Shown here: one piece after another, positions 1 through 9,558 of the stretch
How the letters are laid out: every line of letters begins with the position of its first letter
Numbering within the stretch: position 1 is the first letter of the stretch
Assembly (NCBI GenBank): GCA_027449605.1
Contig: DAIDLH010000051.1
Span: 45,037 to 109,036 of the forward strand
Direction of reading: 5' to 3'
DNA: 64,000 bases
DNA from: Candidatus Muproteobacteria bacterium
GTDB lineage: Bacteria; Pseudomonadota; Gammaproteobacteria; Acidiferrobacterales; Sulfurifustaceae
Notes under the pieces: generated by a model
Told to the model about the DNA's origin: nothing
Seen by the model: the letters and a program-made list of their open reading frames with translations, nothing else
Database searches by the model: none
Made by a program: the position numbers and the translations under genes

Positions 1-478
1 GGATATCCCGCAAACGCATCGGATACAGGATGCCGTCGAGATGATCGCACTCGTGCTGCACGACGCGGGCATGGAAGCCGGAAACCGTGCGGTCGATGGG
101 CGTGCCGTGCTGGTCGAATCCGGTGTAGCGCAGATTCTTGTGGCGGGTGACCAGCCCGCGCAGGCCAGGCACGCTGAGACAGCCCTCCCAACCCTCCTCC
201 ATTTCGTCGCCGAGGGCGGTCAGCATCGGATTGATCAGCACCGTGCGGGGCACCGGTTCCACCTCGGGATAACGCGGGTTGGATTCGACGCTGAAGATGA
301 CCACGCGTTGCGACACGCCGATCTGCGGCGCGGCGAGACCGGCGCCGTTCAGTTCCGCCATGGTGTCGAACATGTCGGCGATCAGCGCATCCAGTTCCCG
401 GGTATTGAAACCCTTGACCGGCTCCGCCTTGCGGTACAGCAGCGGATCACCCATCTTGATTACGCGCCGAACGGTCAT
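1..478 (-). CDS. def: Peptide deformylase (3' end runs off the window; absent from ORF track)
   Basis: Manual translation from ATG at 478: [14 protein letters not shown]...[10 protein letters not shown]...EGCLSVPG...QHECDHLDG, the three PDF motifs. Confidence 0.95.
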   Translation of the reverse strand, partial: MTVRRVIKMGDPLLYRKAEPVKGFNTRELDALIADMFDTMAELNGAGLAAPQIGVSQRVVIFSVESNPRYPEVEPVPRTVLINPMLTALGDEMEEGWEGCLSVPGLRGLVTRHKNLRYTGFDQHGTPIDRTVSGFHARVVQHECDHLDGILYPMRLRDI

Positions 479-541
479 ATGGCACCCTCGATCTTGCCCG
501 GTGAATGAGAGATACTATTAAAAAACGCGCGCGAGGAAAAC

Positions 542-1123
542 ATGGTCAAGCGGCTATTCCTTATTCTTATCCTGACTTTTATCCCCGGCATGCTGCCGCA
601 CGCGGCGGCGCCCTCCGCCAACGTCTACGAAATCGAAGTGATCGTGTTTGAAAACCGGCTGCCCGATCTCGAAGGCGGCGAATTCTGGACGCGCAAAGAG
701 GAGAAAAACGCCGGCATGGAAATGAACGACGCGGTCAGCGTCGGCGAGAAACCGGCCGTGGACTCGGGCCTGTCGGCGACGGCGGCTGCGCTGGAAAGCT
801 CCGGCCGGCATCACGTGCTGGCCCACCTGCGCTGGCAACAAAGCGCCGAAGCCAAGTCGGTGTCGAAACCGGTGAAGATCGCAAACGCCAATGGAGCGCT
901 GGACGGCGCGCTGCGGTTTTATCTCAGCCGCTATCTGTTGGTGGATCTCAACCTGACGCTGCGGGAGGGGGCGATGACGGCGGGACTTGCCGCGGGCTCC
1001 GCGCCGGAAGCGCCGGCCTACCGTTTAATCGAGGGGCGGCGCGTAAAATTGGCGGAAACGCATTACTTCGACCATCCGAAATTCGGCGCGCTGGTGCGCG
1101 TCTCGCCGGTCAAGGCGAACTAA
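542..1123 (+). CDS. CsiV-like periplasmic peptidoglycan-binding protein
   Basis: Signal peptide, YEIEVIVFEN, LDGALRFYLSRYLLVDLNL and C-terminal HYFDHPKFGALV resemble the CsiV family. Confidence 0.7.
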   Translation: MVKRLFLILILTFIPGMLPHAAAPSANVYEIEVIVFENRLPDLEGGEFWTRKEEKNAGMEMNDAVSVGEKPAVDSGLSATAAALESSGRHHVLAHLRWQQSAEAKSVSKPVKIANANGALDGALRFYLSRYLLVDLNLTLREGAMTAGLAAGSAPEAPAYRLIEGRRVKLAETHYFDHPKFGALVRVSPVKAN

Positions 1124-1162
1124 AACTGGAGCCTGCCTCAAAAAATACTGACCTATATATTC

Positions 1163-1229
1163 GTAGGGTGGGCACCGCCCACCGTTGGACAGTTGACGAA
1201 GCCGTGTTGGTGGGCGATGCCCACCCTAC
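1163..1229. repeat. Inverted REP doublet (GTAG-type) between convergent genes
   Basis: GTAGGGTGGGCACCGCCCACC (1163-1183) and GGTGGGCGATGCCCACCCTAC (1209-1229); each is a hairpin and they are near reverse complements. Confidence 0.85.
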
Positions 1230-1244
1230 TTAGAGACAGGTTCT

Positions 1245-1997
1245 TCAGACCCCGGCGATCAGGGGGATGGCCTGCTCCAGCAGCGAACGGACCTTGGCCA
1301 TGCCCGTTTCCAGGTTCTTCTCGATTTCCCTGAGACTGATGGTCTCCTTGCTCATGCCCGCGGCGGGATTCACCACCACGCTGATCGAGGCGTAACATAG
1401 CTCGAGTTCGCGGGCCAGACCCGCCTCGGGCATGCCGGTCATGCCGACGATGTCCGCGCCGTCCCGTTCCATCCGCAGAATCTCCGCGGCGCTTTCGAAA
1501 CGCGGGCCCTGGGTGGCGCCGTAGGTTCCTTCCCCTCTCACACGAAGCTTGGCGCGTTTCGCCGCTTCGATCAGAACGTTCCGCAGTTCATCGCAGTAGG
1601 GATACGTAAAATCCACGTGCGTGACCTGTTTCTGGTCGGCGCCGAAAAAAGTATGGTCGCGGCCATAGGTGTAGTCGATGATTTGATCGGGAATCACCAA
1701 TGTCCCCGGCTCCTGGAAATCGGGAGAAATTCCGCCCACGGCGTTGACCGCGATGACCCTGGTCACGCCGGTCTGCTTGATGGCCCAGATGTTGGCGCGG
1801 TAATTGACTTCGTGCGGCGGTATCGTGTGGCCGGGTCCATGACGCGGCAGGAACATCGCCTCGCTCCCGCAGAGCTGGCCGAATACCATGGGCGCGGACG
1901 GTTCGCCGTAGGGCGTGCGGATCACCTCACGCCGCGTGATGTGCAGATTTTTCAGCTTGGTGAGGCCGCTGCCGCCGATGATGGCCACGGTGGTCAT
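1245..1997 (-). CDS. S-methyl-5'-thioinosine phosphorylase (MTAP/PNP family)
   Basis: AIIGGSG, FLPRHG.GH.IPPH.VNYRAN, TQGPRFE, VGMTGMPEA; VVVNPAAG (Asn) instead of the MTAP TDYD motif suggests 6-oxopurine preference. Confidence 0.85.
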   Translation of the reverse strand: MTTVAIIGGSGLTKLKNLHITRREVIRTPYGEPSAPMVFGQLCGSEAMFLPRHGPGHTIPPHEVNYRANIWAIKQTGVTRVIAVNAVGGISPDFQEPGTLVIPDQIIDYTYGRDHTFFGADQKQVTHVDFTYPYCDELRNVLIEAAKRAKLRVRGEGTYGATQGPRFESAAEILRMERDGADIVGMTGMPEAGLARELELCYASISVVVNPAAGMSKETISLREIEKNLETGMAKVRSLLEQAIPLIAGV

Positions 1998-2010
1998 TTT
2001 TTGTCTTGCC

Positions 2011-2568
2011 TCATTTCACTTCCGCCTCGGCGTAGATTCCGGGAATGTTGCGAAGATAACCTTTGTAGTCCATGCCGCAGCCGAACACGTACCGGTCGGG
2101 CACTTCGAGGCCGGTGAATTCGACCTTCACGTCGTGCGTGCGTTGGCGCTTTTTCACCACCAGCGCCGCCTTGTATACCTCGCGCGCGCCGTCGGCGCGG
2201 TAACGCGCCTCGATGCCGGCCAATGTTGTGCCTTCGTCGAGAATGTCGTCGATCAGCAGCACCGCCCGATCGCGCGGATCCTGATGCGGACCGGACAACC
2301 ATTGAAGCTGGCCGCCGTGGAGGCGCTTGCCATAGCGCGTGGCATGGATGTAATCGATCTGGAGCGGGAAATCGAGCCGGGTCAGCAGCCGGCCGAAGGG
2401 AACGACGCCGCCGGTCATGACGCAAACGAGCAGCGGATCGGAGCCGGCAAGAACTCTGGTAATCTCCGCGGCCATGTCGGCGAGCGCCGCTTCCACCTGC
2501 TCGGGAGAATACAGGCGGTCGGCCCGTTGCAGAACCTCCCACGCCTGCTGCGCGTTGATCGGATTCAA
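2011..2568 (-). CDS. hpt: Hypoxanthine-guanine phosphoribosyltransferase
   Basis: PRPP-binding VLLIDDILDEGTT, DRYVFGCGMDY, RN.PGIY; TTG start. Confidence 0.9.
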   Translation of the reverse strand: MNPINAQQAWEVLQRADRLYSPEQVEAALADMAAEITRVLAGSDPLLVCVMTGGVVPFGRLLTRLDFPLQIDYIHATRYGKRLHGGQLQWLSGPHQDPRDRAVLLIDDILDEGTTLAGIEARYRADGAREVYKAALVVKKRQRTHDVKVEFTGLEVPDRYVFGCGMDYKGYLRNIPGIYAEAEVK

Positions 2569-2599
2569 TTCCGGAGTGCTTTGTTTTTTTAAAAAATTT

Positions 2600-2968
2600 T
2601 TAATACGTGAACGTAACGACGTCTTCGTCCATCGCCTGGCTGATCACGTAGGCGCCGCCCACGGTCTCCTCGATTTCGGGAATCAGCTCGTTGCCCCACA
2701 GTTCGAGCGTGGGCGTGCATACCTTGAATTTGACGCCGGCTTCATGGGCGTCCTTGATGAAATCGTAAACGGTTTTCGGACTGCCTTCCTGCACCCGCAA
2801 CTTCTCCGCCACACCCTTGATCGCCAGCTCGCCGGCGCGCGCGGTCAAAATAACCTCGACCTCGTACTCCATCGCCGCCGCGACCGTCGCCTGAAAGAAC
2901 GGCGCCCCCAACTCGGCCGGATCGGAGGGGTCCGTGTTCACCATCACAATCATCAGTTTGTCAGCCAT
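2600..2968 (-). CDS. DsrE/DsrF-family sulfur-relay-like protein
   Basis: 122 aa from ATG 2968 with an AGGAG RBS; APFFQATVAAAMEYEVEV and GVKFKVC fit the DsrE fold. Confidence 0.7.
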   Translation of the reverse strand: MADKLMIVMVNTDPSDPAELGAPFFQATVAAAMEYEVEVILTARAGELAIKGVAEKLRVQEGSPKTVYDFIKDAHEAGVKFKVCTPTLELWGNELIPEIEETVGGAYVISQAMDEDVVTFTY

Positions 2969-3118
2969 GAAGTTCTCCTGGAAACCGGCAAAAACCGCAG
3001 TTACCGAACCGTGCTCGCGTGGGATTATATTGCCCTTTGTCACGCGTGGCTACCCGTGGCGATGAAACATATTAAGCGGGCATATCCGCGCCGTTATCGC
3101 AGGCGGGTTTGATAAAAA

Positions 3119-3988
3119 TCAAAGCTTGAGGTTTTTAAGATAGGTCAGAAATTTTTCCTTCAGCTCGGGATGGGTCAATGCGTATTCCACGGTCGCCTGA
3201 AGATAGCCGAACTTGTTGCCGCAGTCGTAACGCTTGCCGATGAACTCGTAGGCCAGCACTTTTTCATGCGACAGCAGCGCGGCGATGCCGTCGGTCAGCT
3301 GAATTTCCCCGCCCGCGCCGGGCGTGACATTCTCCAGCAGGCTGAAAATCCGCGGTGTCAGAATATAACGGCCGACAACGGCCAGCGTCGACGGAGCCTG
3401 CTCCGGAACCGGTTTCTCCACGATGGCCTCCACGTGGGAGATGCGCGGTCCACCAGCCTTGCTTTTCACGATGCCGTAACTACGCGTCTCCTCACGCTGG
3501 ACATTCTGCACGCCCAGGACCGAGCATTGGCAAGACTCGTAGATATCGACCATCTGCCGGAGCGCGCCCGGCTCGCCGCTGATCAGATCGTCGGCCAGGA
3601 TGACGGCGAAAGGATCGTTGCCCACCACCTGCTTGGCGCAGAGCACCGCGTGTCCGAGACCCAGCGCCTCGGGCTGGCGGATATAGACGCAGGAGGTCTT
3701 GTTCGGCAGAACGTTCTGCACCATCCCCAGAAGATCCTTCTTTCCGTCCGCCGTGAGTTCCGCCTCGAGTTCGTAGGCCTTGTCGAAATGATCCTCGATC
3801 GAGCGCTTGTTGCGACCGGTGACGAAAATAAGCTCGTCGATTCCGGCCGCGATTGCCTCCTCCGCGGCATACTGGATGAGCGGCTTGTCCACGATCGGCA
3901 GCATTTCCTTGGGGCTCGCCTTGGTGACCGGCAGAAAGCGGGTGCCGAGACCGGCGACGGGAAACACGGCTTTGGTGACGCGGCTCAT
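3119..3988 (-). CDS. galU: UTP-glucose-1-phosphate uridylyltransferase
   Basis: [47 protein letters not shown]. Confidence 0.97.
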   Translation of the reverse strand: MSRVTKAVFPVAGLGTRFLPVTKASPKEMLPIVDKPLIQYAAEEAIAAGIDELIFVTGRNKRSIEDHFDKAYELEAELTADGKKDLLGMVQNVLPNKTSCVYIRQPEALGLGHAVLCAKQVVGNDPFAVILADDLISGEPGALRQMVDIYESCQCSVLGVQNVQREETRSYGIVKSKAGGPRISHVEAIVEKPVPEQAPSTLAVVGRYILTPRIFSLLENVTPGAGGEIQLTDGIAALLSHEKVLAYEFIGKRYDCGNKFGYLQATVEYALTHPELKEKFLTYLKNLKL

Positions 3989-4032
3989 TTTCAGGATTCC
4001 AGTCCGGTACAGTTAAGATGACAGCCCGACGT

Positions 4033-5364
4033 TCAGCGCCCGATACCGCTGTATTCGAACCCGGCGTCGCGCAGCAGCTGGGGATCGTACAGGTTCCGGC
4101 CGTCGAAAATCACCGGTTTTTTCATGAGCTTCCGGATGTGCGCGAAATCCGGATGACGGAACGGTTTCCATTCCGTGATGAGAATCATGGCGTCGACGCC
4201 GTCGAGCGCGCTGTATTGTTCGTCGACGAGCTTCAACTGGCCGCCGTCGAACCAGGCGCGCGGGAACTCGCGCTTCGCCGCCGTCATGGCGACCGGATCG
4301 TAGGCTTTCACTGCCGCCCCGGCGCCAATCAGTTCGTTCAGGAGAACAACGGATGAGGCTTCGCGCATATCGTCCGTGCCGGGTTTGAACGCCAGACCCC
4401 AGAGGCCGAACGTCATGCCCTTCAGGTGGTCGCCAAAACGCCGGCGGATCTTGTCGAACAACACGTGCTTCTGCGCCTCGTTCCTGGCCTCGACGGCATC
4501 CAGCACCTTGGGCTCGAAGTCGTGGTTTCTGGCCATGCGGACCAAAGCCTTCACGTCCTTGGGAAAGCACGATCCGCCGTAACCGGCTCCCGGATAGATG
4601 AACGAATAACCGATACGGGAATCCGAACCGATGCCCTGCCGGACGTTCTCCACGTCCACGCCCATGCGCTCGCAGAGGTTGGCTATTTCATTCATGAATG
4701 AAATCTTGGTGGCGAGCATGGCGTTGCCGGCGTACTTGGTCATCTCGGCGTCGCGTACGCCCATGAACAGGAGCCGCTCGTGATTGCGCATGAACGGCAG
4801 GTACAGATCGCGCATCGCCTTGCGCACCTGCTCGCTGTCGGTGCCGATCACGACCCGGTCCGGACGCATGAAATCCTCCACCGCCGCGCCTTCCTTGAGA
4901 AATTCCGGATTGCTGACGACGTCGCACGGCACGTCGACGCCGCGCTTTTTCAATTCTTCGCGGATGGCGTCCCGGACCTTGTCCGCCGTGCCGACCGGAA
5001 CGGTCGACTTGTCCACGACGATGGTATGGCGGCTGATATGCCGGCCGATTTCGCGCGCCACCGCCAGCACATACTGCAAATCGGCCGAGCCGTCTTCGCC
5101 GGGCGGAGTTCCTACGGCGATGAAATAAACATCGGATTCGGCCTCGGGGTCGTTCAGGGCCGTGCAGAAATTCAAACGGCCGTTCTTGTGATTGTTGACG
5201 ACGACCGACTCCAGCCCCGGCTCGTAGATGGGAAGCACTCCCTTCTTGAGGCCTTCGATCTTTTTCTTGTCGATATCGACGCAGGTTACGGTGTTGCCCA
5301 TTTCAGCGAAACAGGCGCCCGTAACGAGGCCGACGTAGCCCGTACCGATGATTGTCAACTTCAT
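4033..5364 (-). CDS. ugd: UDP-glucose 6-dehydrogenase
   Basis: IGTGYVG, KSTVPVGT, SNPEFLKEG, GYGGSCFPKD. Confidence 0.95.
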   Translation of the reverse strand: MKLTIIGTGYVGLVTGACFAEMGNTVTCVDIDKKKIEGLKKGVLPIYEPGLESVVVNNHKNGRLNFCTALNDPEAESDVYFIAVGTPPGEDGSADLQYVLAVAREIGRHISRHTIVVDKSTVPVGTADKVRDAIREELKKRGVDVPCDVVSNPEFLKEGAAVEDFMRPDRVVIGTDSEQVRKAMRDLYLPFMRNHERLLFMGVRDAEMTKYAGNAMLATKISFMNEIANLCERMGVDVENVRQGIGSDSRIGYSFIYPGAGYGGSCFPKDVKALVRMARNHDFEPKVLDAVEARNEAQKHVLFDKIRRRFGDHLKGMTFGLWGLAFKPGTDDMREASSVVLLNELIGAGAAVKAYDPVAMTAAKREFPRAWFDGGQLKLVDEQYSALDGVDAMILITEWKPFRHPDFAHIRKLMKKPVIFDGRNLYDPQLLRDAGFEYSGIGR

Positions 5365-5399
5365 GAAGTTTTACCCAAAAGAAAATTAAACGGATACTT

Positions 5400-7331
5400 T
5401 TATGTTTTTTTCGTCTGCTTCCAGGAATAGATCACGGCGGTTTTGTCGTTCTCCGACGGCGATTTGGTCAACCCGGTATGCTCCGGAACGAGATTCACCA
5501 GGAACTCGCGCAGGGCGGATTCATCGCCCCGGTCGCAGGCCTGCTGCATCGCACCGAAGGTTTTCTCCAGCGCTTCCCGGTCCATCTGCCGGCAGCGCGC
5601 CAGCAGGATTTTCGGATGACTGGTCTCGGCCAGCTTTTCCGCGTCATGAAAAAGTTCTTCGTACAATTTTTCACCCGGTCGCAGCCCGGTATATACGATC
5701 TCGACTTCCTCCCCCGGGATCTTGCCGGACAAGCGTATGAGCTGCTCGGCCAGGTAGGCGATTTTAACCGGTTCGCCCATGTCGAGCACGAATATTTCGC
5801 CGCCGCGCCCGATGACGCCGGCCTGCAGAATCAACTGACAGGCCTCGGGTATCGTCATGAAGTAACGGGAAATTTCCGGGTGCGTCACGGTGACTGGCCC
5901 GCCCTGCGCTATTTGCTGCTGAAACAGCGGTATCACGCTTCCCGACGAACCCAGAACGTTGCCGAACCGGACCGTGATGAAGCGGGTCCTGGATGCGGCG
6001 TTCAGGCTTTGACAATACATTTCGGCGACCCGTTTGCTGGCGCCCATCACGTTGGCCGGATTCACCGCCTTGTCCGTGGACACCATGACGAACGACTCGC
6101 ACCCGTACTTGTCGGCGAGATCGGCCGCCAGGCGCGTGCCCAGAACGTTGTTGGCGACGGCGGCGCGGGTTTGATCCTCGAGAATCGGGACATGCTTGTA
6201 GGCGGCGGCATGATAGATGACCGCCGGAGAATGTTGGCGCAGGATATTTTCCATCTGCACGACATCGCCGACATCGCCCAGCAGGCTGACGAGGGACAGA
6301 TCGGGCATGTCGCGCCGCAATTCCAGATCGATGTTGTACAGATTGAATTCGCTGCGGTCCAGGATAATCAGTTTTGACGGTTTGAGCTTGGCGATTTGAC
6401 GGCACAACTCGGCGCCGATCGAACCGCCGCCGCCGGTGACGAGCACCGTTTTGCCGCGTGTCGCGTCGGTGATGGCGCGCCAATCGAGGCTGACCGGTTC
6501 CCTTCCCAGCAGGTCCTCGATCTTTACGTCGCGCAAATCCTTGAGGCTGGCGCGGCCACTGACCAGGTGCTGGAGCTGCGGCAGAATGCGAAACGGCAAT
6601 TCCGTTTTTTCGCAAATCTCCACGATGCGCCGTATCTGGCGAGATGTCGCCGACGACAGCGCGATGACGATGAGGTCGACGCCAAGGCGCGTAACGACAC
6701 CGGGAATCTCATCGCAGGAACCGGCGACGGGAATGCCGTGAATTTCCTTGCCAATTTTATTGCGATCGTCGTCCACGAAGGCAACCGGCTGAAAAGGGCC
6801 GGCGGAATCGCGCAGCAGATCACGTGTAAGCATCTCGCCTGCCTTGCCGGCGCCGACGATCAGAGCGTTTTTGTTTTCACCTGCATCATAGGCATTCGCG
6901 CCACGCGTCCAACGGTAAAGGCGACGATCCTTCAGTGAACGATATAAAAATCGCGGCCCGCCGAGGAGCAGCACCAGCAAGATTCCTTCGAGGAAAAATA
7001 CCGAGCGCGGGACGCTTTCGAGGCGCGTCAGGATGAAACTGGCGGTTGCGGCGATCACGACACCGGCCGTGACCGCCTTGATAATACGCATCAAGTCGGG
7101 AATCGAGGCGAATCGCCAGATACCGCGATATAGGCCGAAATACCAGAACATCCCGCCCTGGGCGACCCATACCACCGGCAACAGCACCAAAGCCTGATGG
7201 AAAAAACCCTCGGGAATGGAATCGAGGTTGAAACGCAGCCAGTACGCGCCGAACCAGGCGACGGGGACCATCAACAAATCGTGCGTGAAGGCCGCAAGAC
7301 GCGAGCGAAAAAGCCGGAAAATTTCCTTCAT
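5400..7331 (-). CDS. Membrane-anchored UDP-GlcNAc 4,6-dehydratase (WbpM/PglF/CapD family)
   Basis: N-terminal TM helices, TGGGGSIG, HAAAYKHVP, STDKAVNP, VRFGNVLGSSGSVIP, GLRPGEKLYEEL. Confidence 0.92.
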   Translation of the reverse strand: MKEIFRLFRSRLAAFTHDLLMVPVAWFGAYWLRFNLDSIPEGFFHQALVLLPVVWVAQGGMFWYFGLYRGIWRFASIPDLMRIIKAVTAGVVIAATASFILTRLESVPRSVFFLEGILLVLLLGGPRFLYRSLKDRRLYRWTRGANAYDAGENKNALIVGAGKAGEMLTRDLLRDSAGPFQPVAFVDDDRNKIGKEIHGIPVAGSCDEIPGVVTRLGVDLIVIALSSATSRQIRRIVEICEKTELPFRILPQLQHLVSGRASLKDLRDVKIEDLLGREPVSLDWRAITDATRGKTVLVTGGGGSIGAELCRQIAKLKPSKLIILDRSEFNLYNIDLELRRDMPDLSLVSLLGDVGDVVQMENILRQHSPAVIYHAAAYKHVPILEDQTRAAVANNVLGTRLAADLADKYGCESFVMVSTDKAVNPANVMGASKRVAEMYCQSLNAASRTRFITVRFGNVLGSSGSVIPLFQQQIAQGGPVTVTHPEISRYFMTIPEACQLILQAGVIGRGGEIFVLDMGEPVKIAYLAEQLIRLSGKIPGEEVEIVYTGLRPGEKLYEELFHDAEKLAETSHPKILLARCRQMDREALEKTFGAMQQACDRGDESALREFLVNLVPEHTGLTKSPSENDKTAVIYSWKQTKKT

Positions 7332-7391
7332 CTCTTCATCGCTCGTTTATTTTCATCCCTTCCGATATGCGTCCATTATAGTTAAACATTC

Positions 7392-8423
7392 CTATAAAAT
7401 CCCTGTTTTATGATGCCGCGCCGCGAGCCGAGAAATCCAGACAAAGAAGACAAAATAAAACAGCCCCCATCCGGCAAACAACGCTGTTTGCAGTTTTCCG
7501 GAAGTATGAACACCCCACAGAGCCGTCATTGCGCAGCCAAGCATGATGGCGTATTCAAGCAACACTGTTTTGCGGTGCCCCCATCCTGCCTGCACCAGTT
7601 TCTGGTAATAATGGGTCTTGTGCGCCTGCCACAATTTTTCGCGCCGCATCAAACGGCGCAGCAACGTTACCGTCGCATCCGCGATGAAAGGTGAAAACAC
7701 CAGCACGGCGATCCAGAACGGGAAAATTCCGTCCCTTGAACCCCACAGGGAAAGCGTCGCCGCCAGGAGGCCAAGCGTGGATGAACCGATATCGCCCATG
7801 AATATGCGCGCCGGCGGAAAATTAAAAACCAGAAAACCCGCGGAAGCGGCGGCAACGATCAGGCTGATAATGAAAAACGCATCATGGCCTGCCATCCAGC
7901 CCATGACAGCAAGTGTGCCGAATCCGAAAACCGCCATGCCACCGGCAAACCCGTCCATCCCGTCCATGAAGTTGTAAAGATTAATCATCCAAACGGTATA
8001 AAGAACAGAAACCGCGGCGCCCATGACATAAGACCATTGCCAACTTATCCCAAGGACTTCCAGCTTTTGCAAATAAAAACCGCCATAAAGAATTACCGCC
8101 GCCGCGAGTGTGTGCGCGACGATGCGATAGCCGGGCGAAATTGAATAACGGTCGTCGAGAAAAGACACGCCCGCTACCATAAAAACACTGGCCGTGATCG
8201 TCGCCAACTCTTGGAGAGGATGGAACAAAGACACCGTCGCGACGGAAACAATGATTGCGATAAGAATGGCCAGACCGCCGCTGCGCGGCGTGGACCGTGC
8301 ATGCAGAGAGCGTTCATTGGGATGGTCCAGAATATGAAATCGCGAGGCCGGGTCGCAGAATCTCCACGTCAGCCATGCCGACAGAACGAAGCCGAGGATC
8401 GCTCCTATAAGGCTCACTGCCAT
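7392..8423 (-). CDS. Und-P N-acetylhexosamine-1-phosphate transferase (WbpL/WecA, MraY-like)
   Basis: Multi-TM; DHPNERSLH, TPRSGGLA, NLYNFMDGMDG, IFMGDIGS, HYYQKL. Confidence 0.9.
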   Translation of the reverse strand: MAVSLIGAILGFVLSAWLTWRFCDPASRFHILDHPNERSLHARSTPRSGGLAILIAIIVSVATVSLFHPLQELATITASVFMVAGVSFLDDRYSISPGYRIVAHTLAAAVILYGGFYLQKLEVLGISWQWSYVMGAAVSVLYTVWMINLYNFMDGMDGFAGGMAVFGFGTLAVMGWMAGHDAFFIISLIVAAASAGFLVFNFPPARIFMGDIGSSTLGLLAATLSLWGSRDGIFPFWIAVLVFSPFIADATVTLLRRLMRREKLWQAHKTHYYQKLVQAGWGHRKTVLLEYAIMLGCAMTALWGVHTSGKLQTALFAGWGLFYFVFFVWISRLAARHHKTGIL

Positions 8424-8469
8424 TCACCGCGCATTGGAGTCACACATAAATTATTTTTTGAGGCTTTAA

Positions 8470-9426
8470 TCAAACGCCTTCGGAATACCAAACCGCCGTC
8501 TCCCGCAGCCCTTGCGTCATGGAAAAGGGCGGAGTCCATTGAAGTTCCCGGCGAATCTTCGAACTGTCGACGCGCAATGAACCCAAAAGGCGTTCGACTT
8601 CCGCCGATTTACCGGTGAGTAATCCCGCAAGACGCAGTAGCGCCGGGGGAAAGGAGACTAAGCGGGGACGACGCCCCATTGCCTGAGCCAAGCGCCGAAT
8701 AAGCTCTGGCGTCGAAACGTCTTCGCCATCGCTGACCAGAAAAATATTTCCTGCCGCGCGCGGATGGGTCACGCAAACGACCAGGGCATCCACCAGGTTG
8801 CCGAGATAAATCAGGCTGCGCAAGTTGCGAATCGATCCCAGGGGCAAGGGGAAACCTCGATTGACCCAATCCATCATGCGCAAAAAATTTCCCCCTGCTC
8901 CGGGGCCATAAACCAGTGGCGGACGCACGATCACCACCTCCAGGCCCGTCTCGGCGGCGATTTTCAGCAGTGCTTGCTCCGCCTCCCACTTGGATAGTCC
9001 ATAGGCATCCTGCGGCTCGGGCGTATCGGCTTCAGTGAAGGGCAATTCATGCGTATGCTCGCCGTTGACCTTGATCGAGCTCACGTACACCAGCCGGCGC
9101 ACGCCCGCCGACGCCGCCATCCGCGCCAATCGCTCGGTACCCGCGACATTCACCAACCTGAATTCAGCCAGCGGATTCCGCGCTTTTTCTCTCAGCACGT
9201 GAACGCGCGCCGCCAGATGCACCACGGTTTCGACGCCACGCAGCGCCTGCGACCAGTCGGTTTCCGTTCCGATCGCGCCTACCGTCACGACATCGACTGC
9301 TTTCGATAACCCCGTCGCAGACGAAGGCTCGCGCACTGCCGCGCGAATCGCATATCCATGTTCCTCAAGAGACACGCAGAGCTTGCGCCCAATGAAGCCG
9401 TTCGCGCCGGTAACCAAGACCTGCAT
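8470..9426 (-). CDS. Extended SDR, WbpV-like UDP-4-keto-sugar reductase/epimerase
   Basis: TGANGFIG, HLAARVHV, YGLSK; sits next to wbpL/wbpM-like genes as in QuiNAc/FucNAc loci. Confidence 0.8.
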   Translation of the reverse strand: MQVLVTGANGFIGRKLCVSLEEHGYAIRAAVREPSSATGLSKAVDVVTVGAIGTETDWSQALRGVETVVHLAARVHVLREKARNPLAEFRLVNVAGTERLARMAASAGVRRLVYVSSIKVNGEHTHELPFTEADTPEPQDAYGLSKWEAEQALLKIAAETGLEVVIVRPPLVYGPGAGGNFLRMMDWVNRGFPLPLGSIRNLRSLIYLGNLVDALVVCVTHPRAAGNIFLVSDGEDVSTPELIRRLAQAMGRRPRLVSFPPALLRLAGLLTGKSAEVERLLGSLRVDSSKIRRELQWTPPFSMTQGLRETAVWYSEGV

Positions 9427-9558
9427 TAGGTCAACAACGGTCGAAGCACTGCTACCGTTCCATGTGCAATAGGTTCCATCGATAACATATCTCTAAAAGA
9501 AAGATATACCGCTGGGTCGGTATACAGATGCAATTCATGCCTCAAGATCAAACAGCCT

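Noticed and set aside
41-508. 155-aa plus-strand ORF in the track
   Set aside because: Antisense to def, which has all three deformylase motifs but was missed because it runs off the window.
1245-1997. MTI phosphorylase as a recycler for the six methyltransferases
   Set aside because: Methyltransferases yield SAH, not MTA or MTI, so there is no direct metabolic link.
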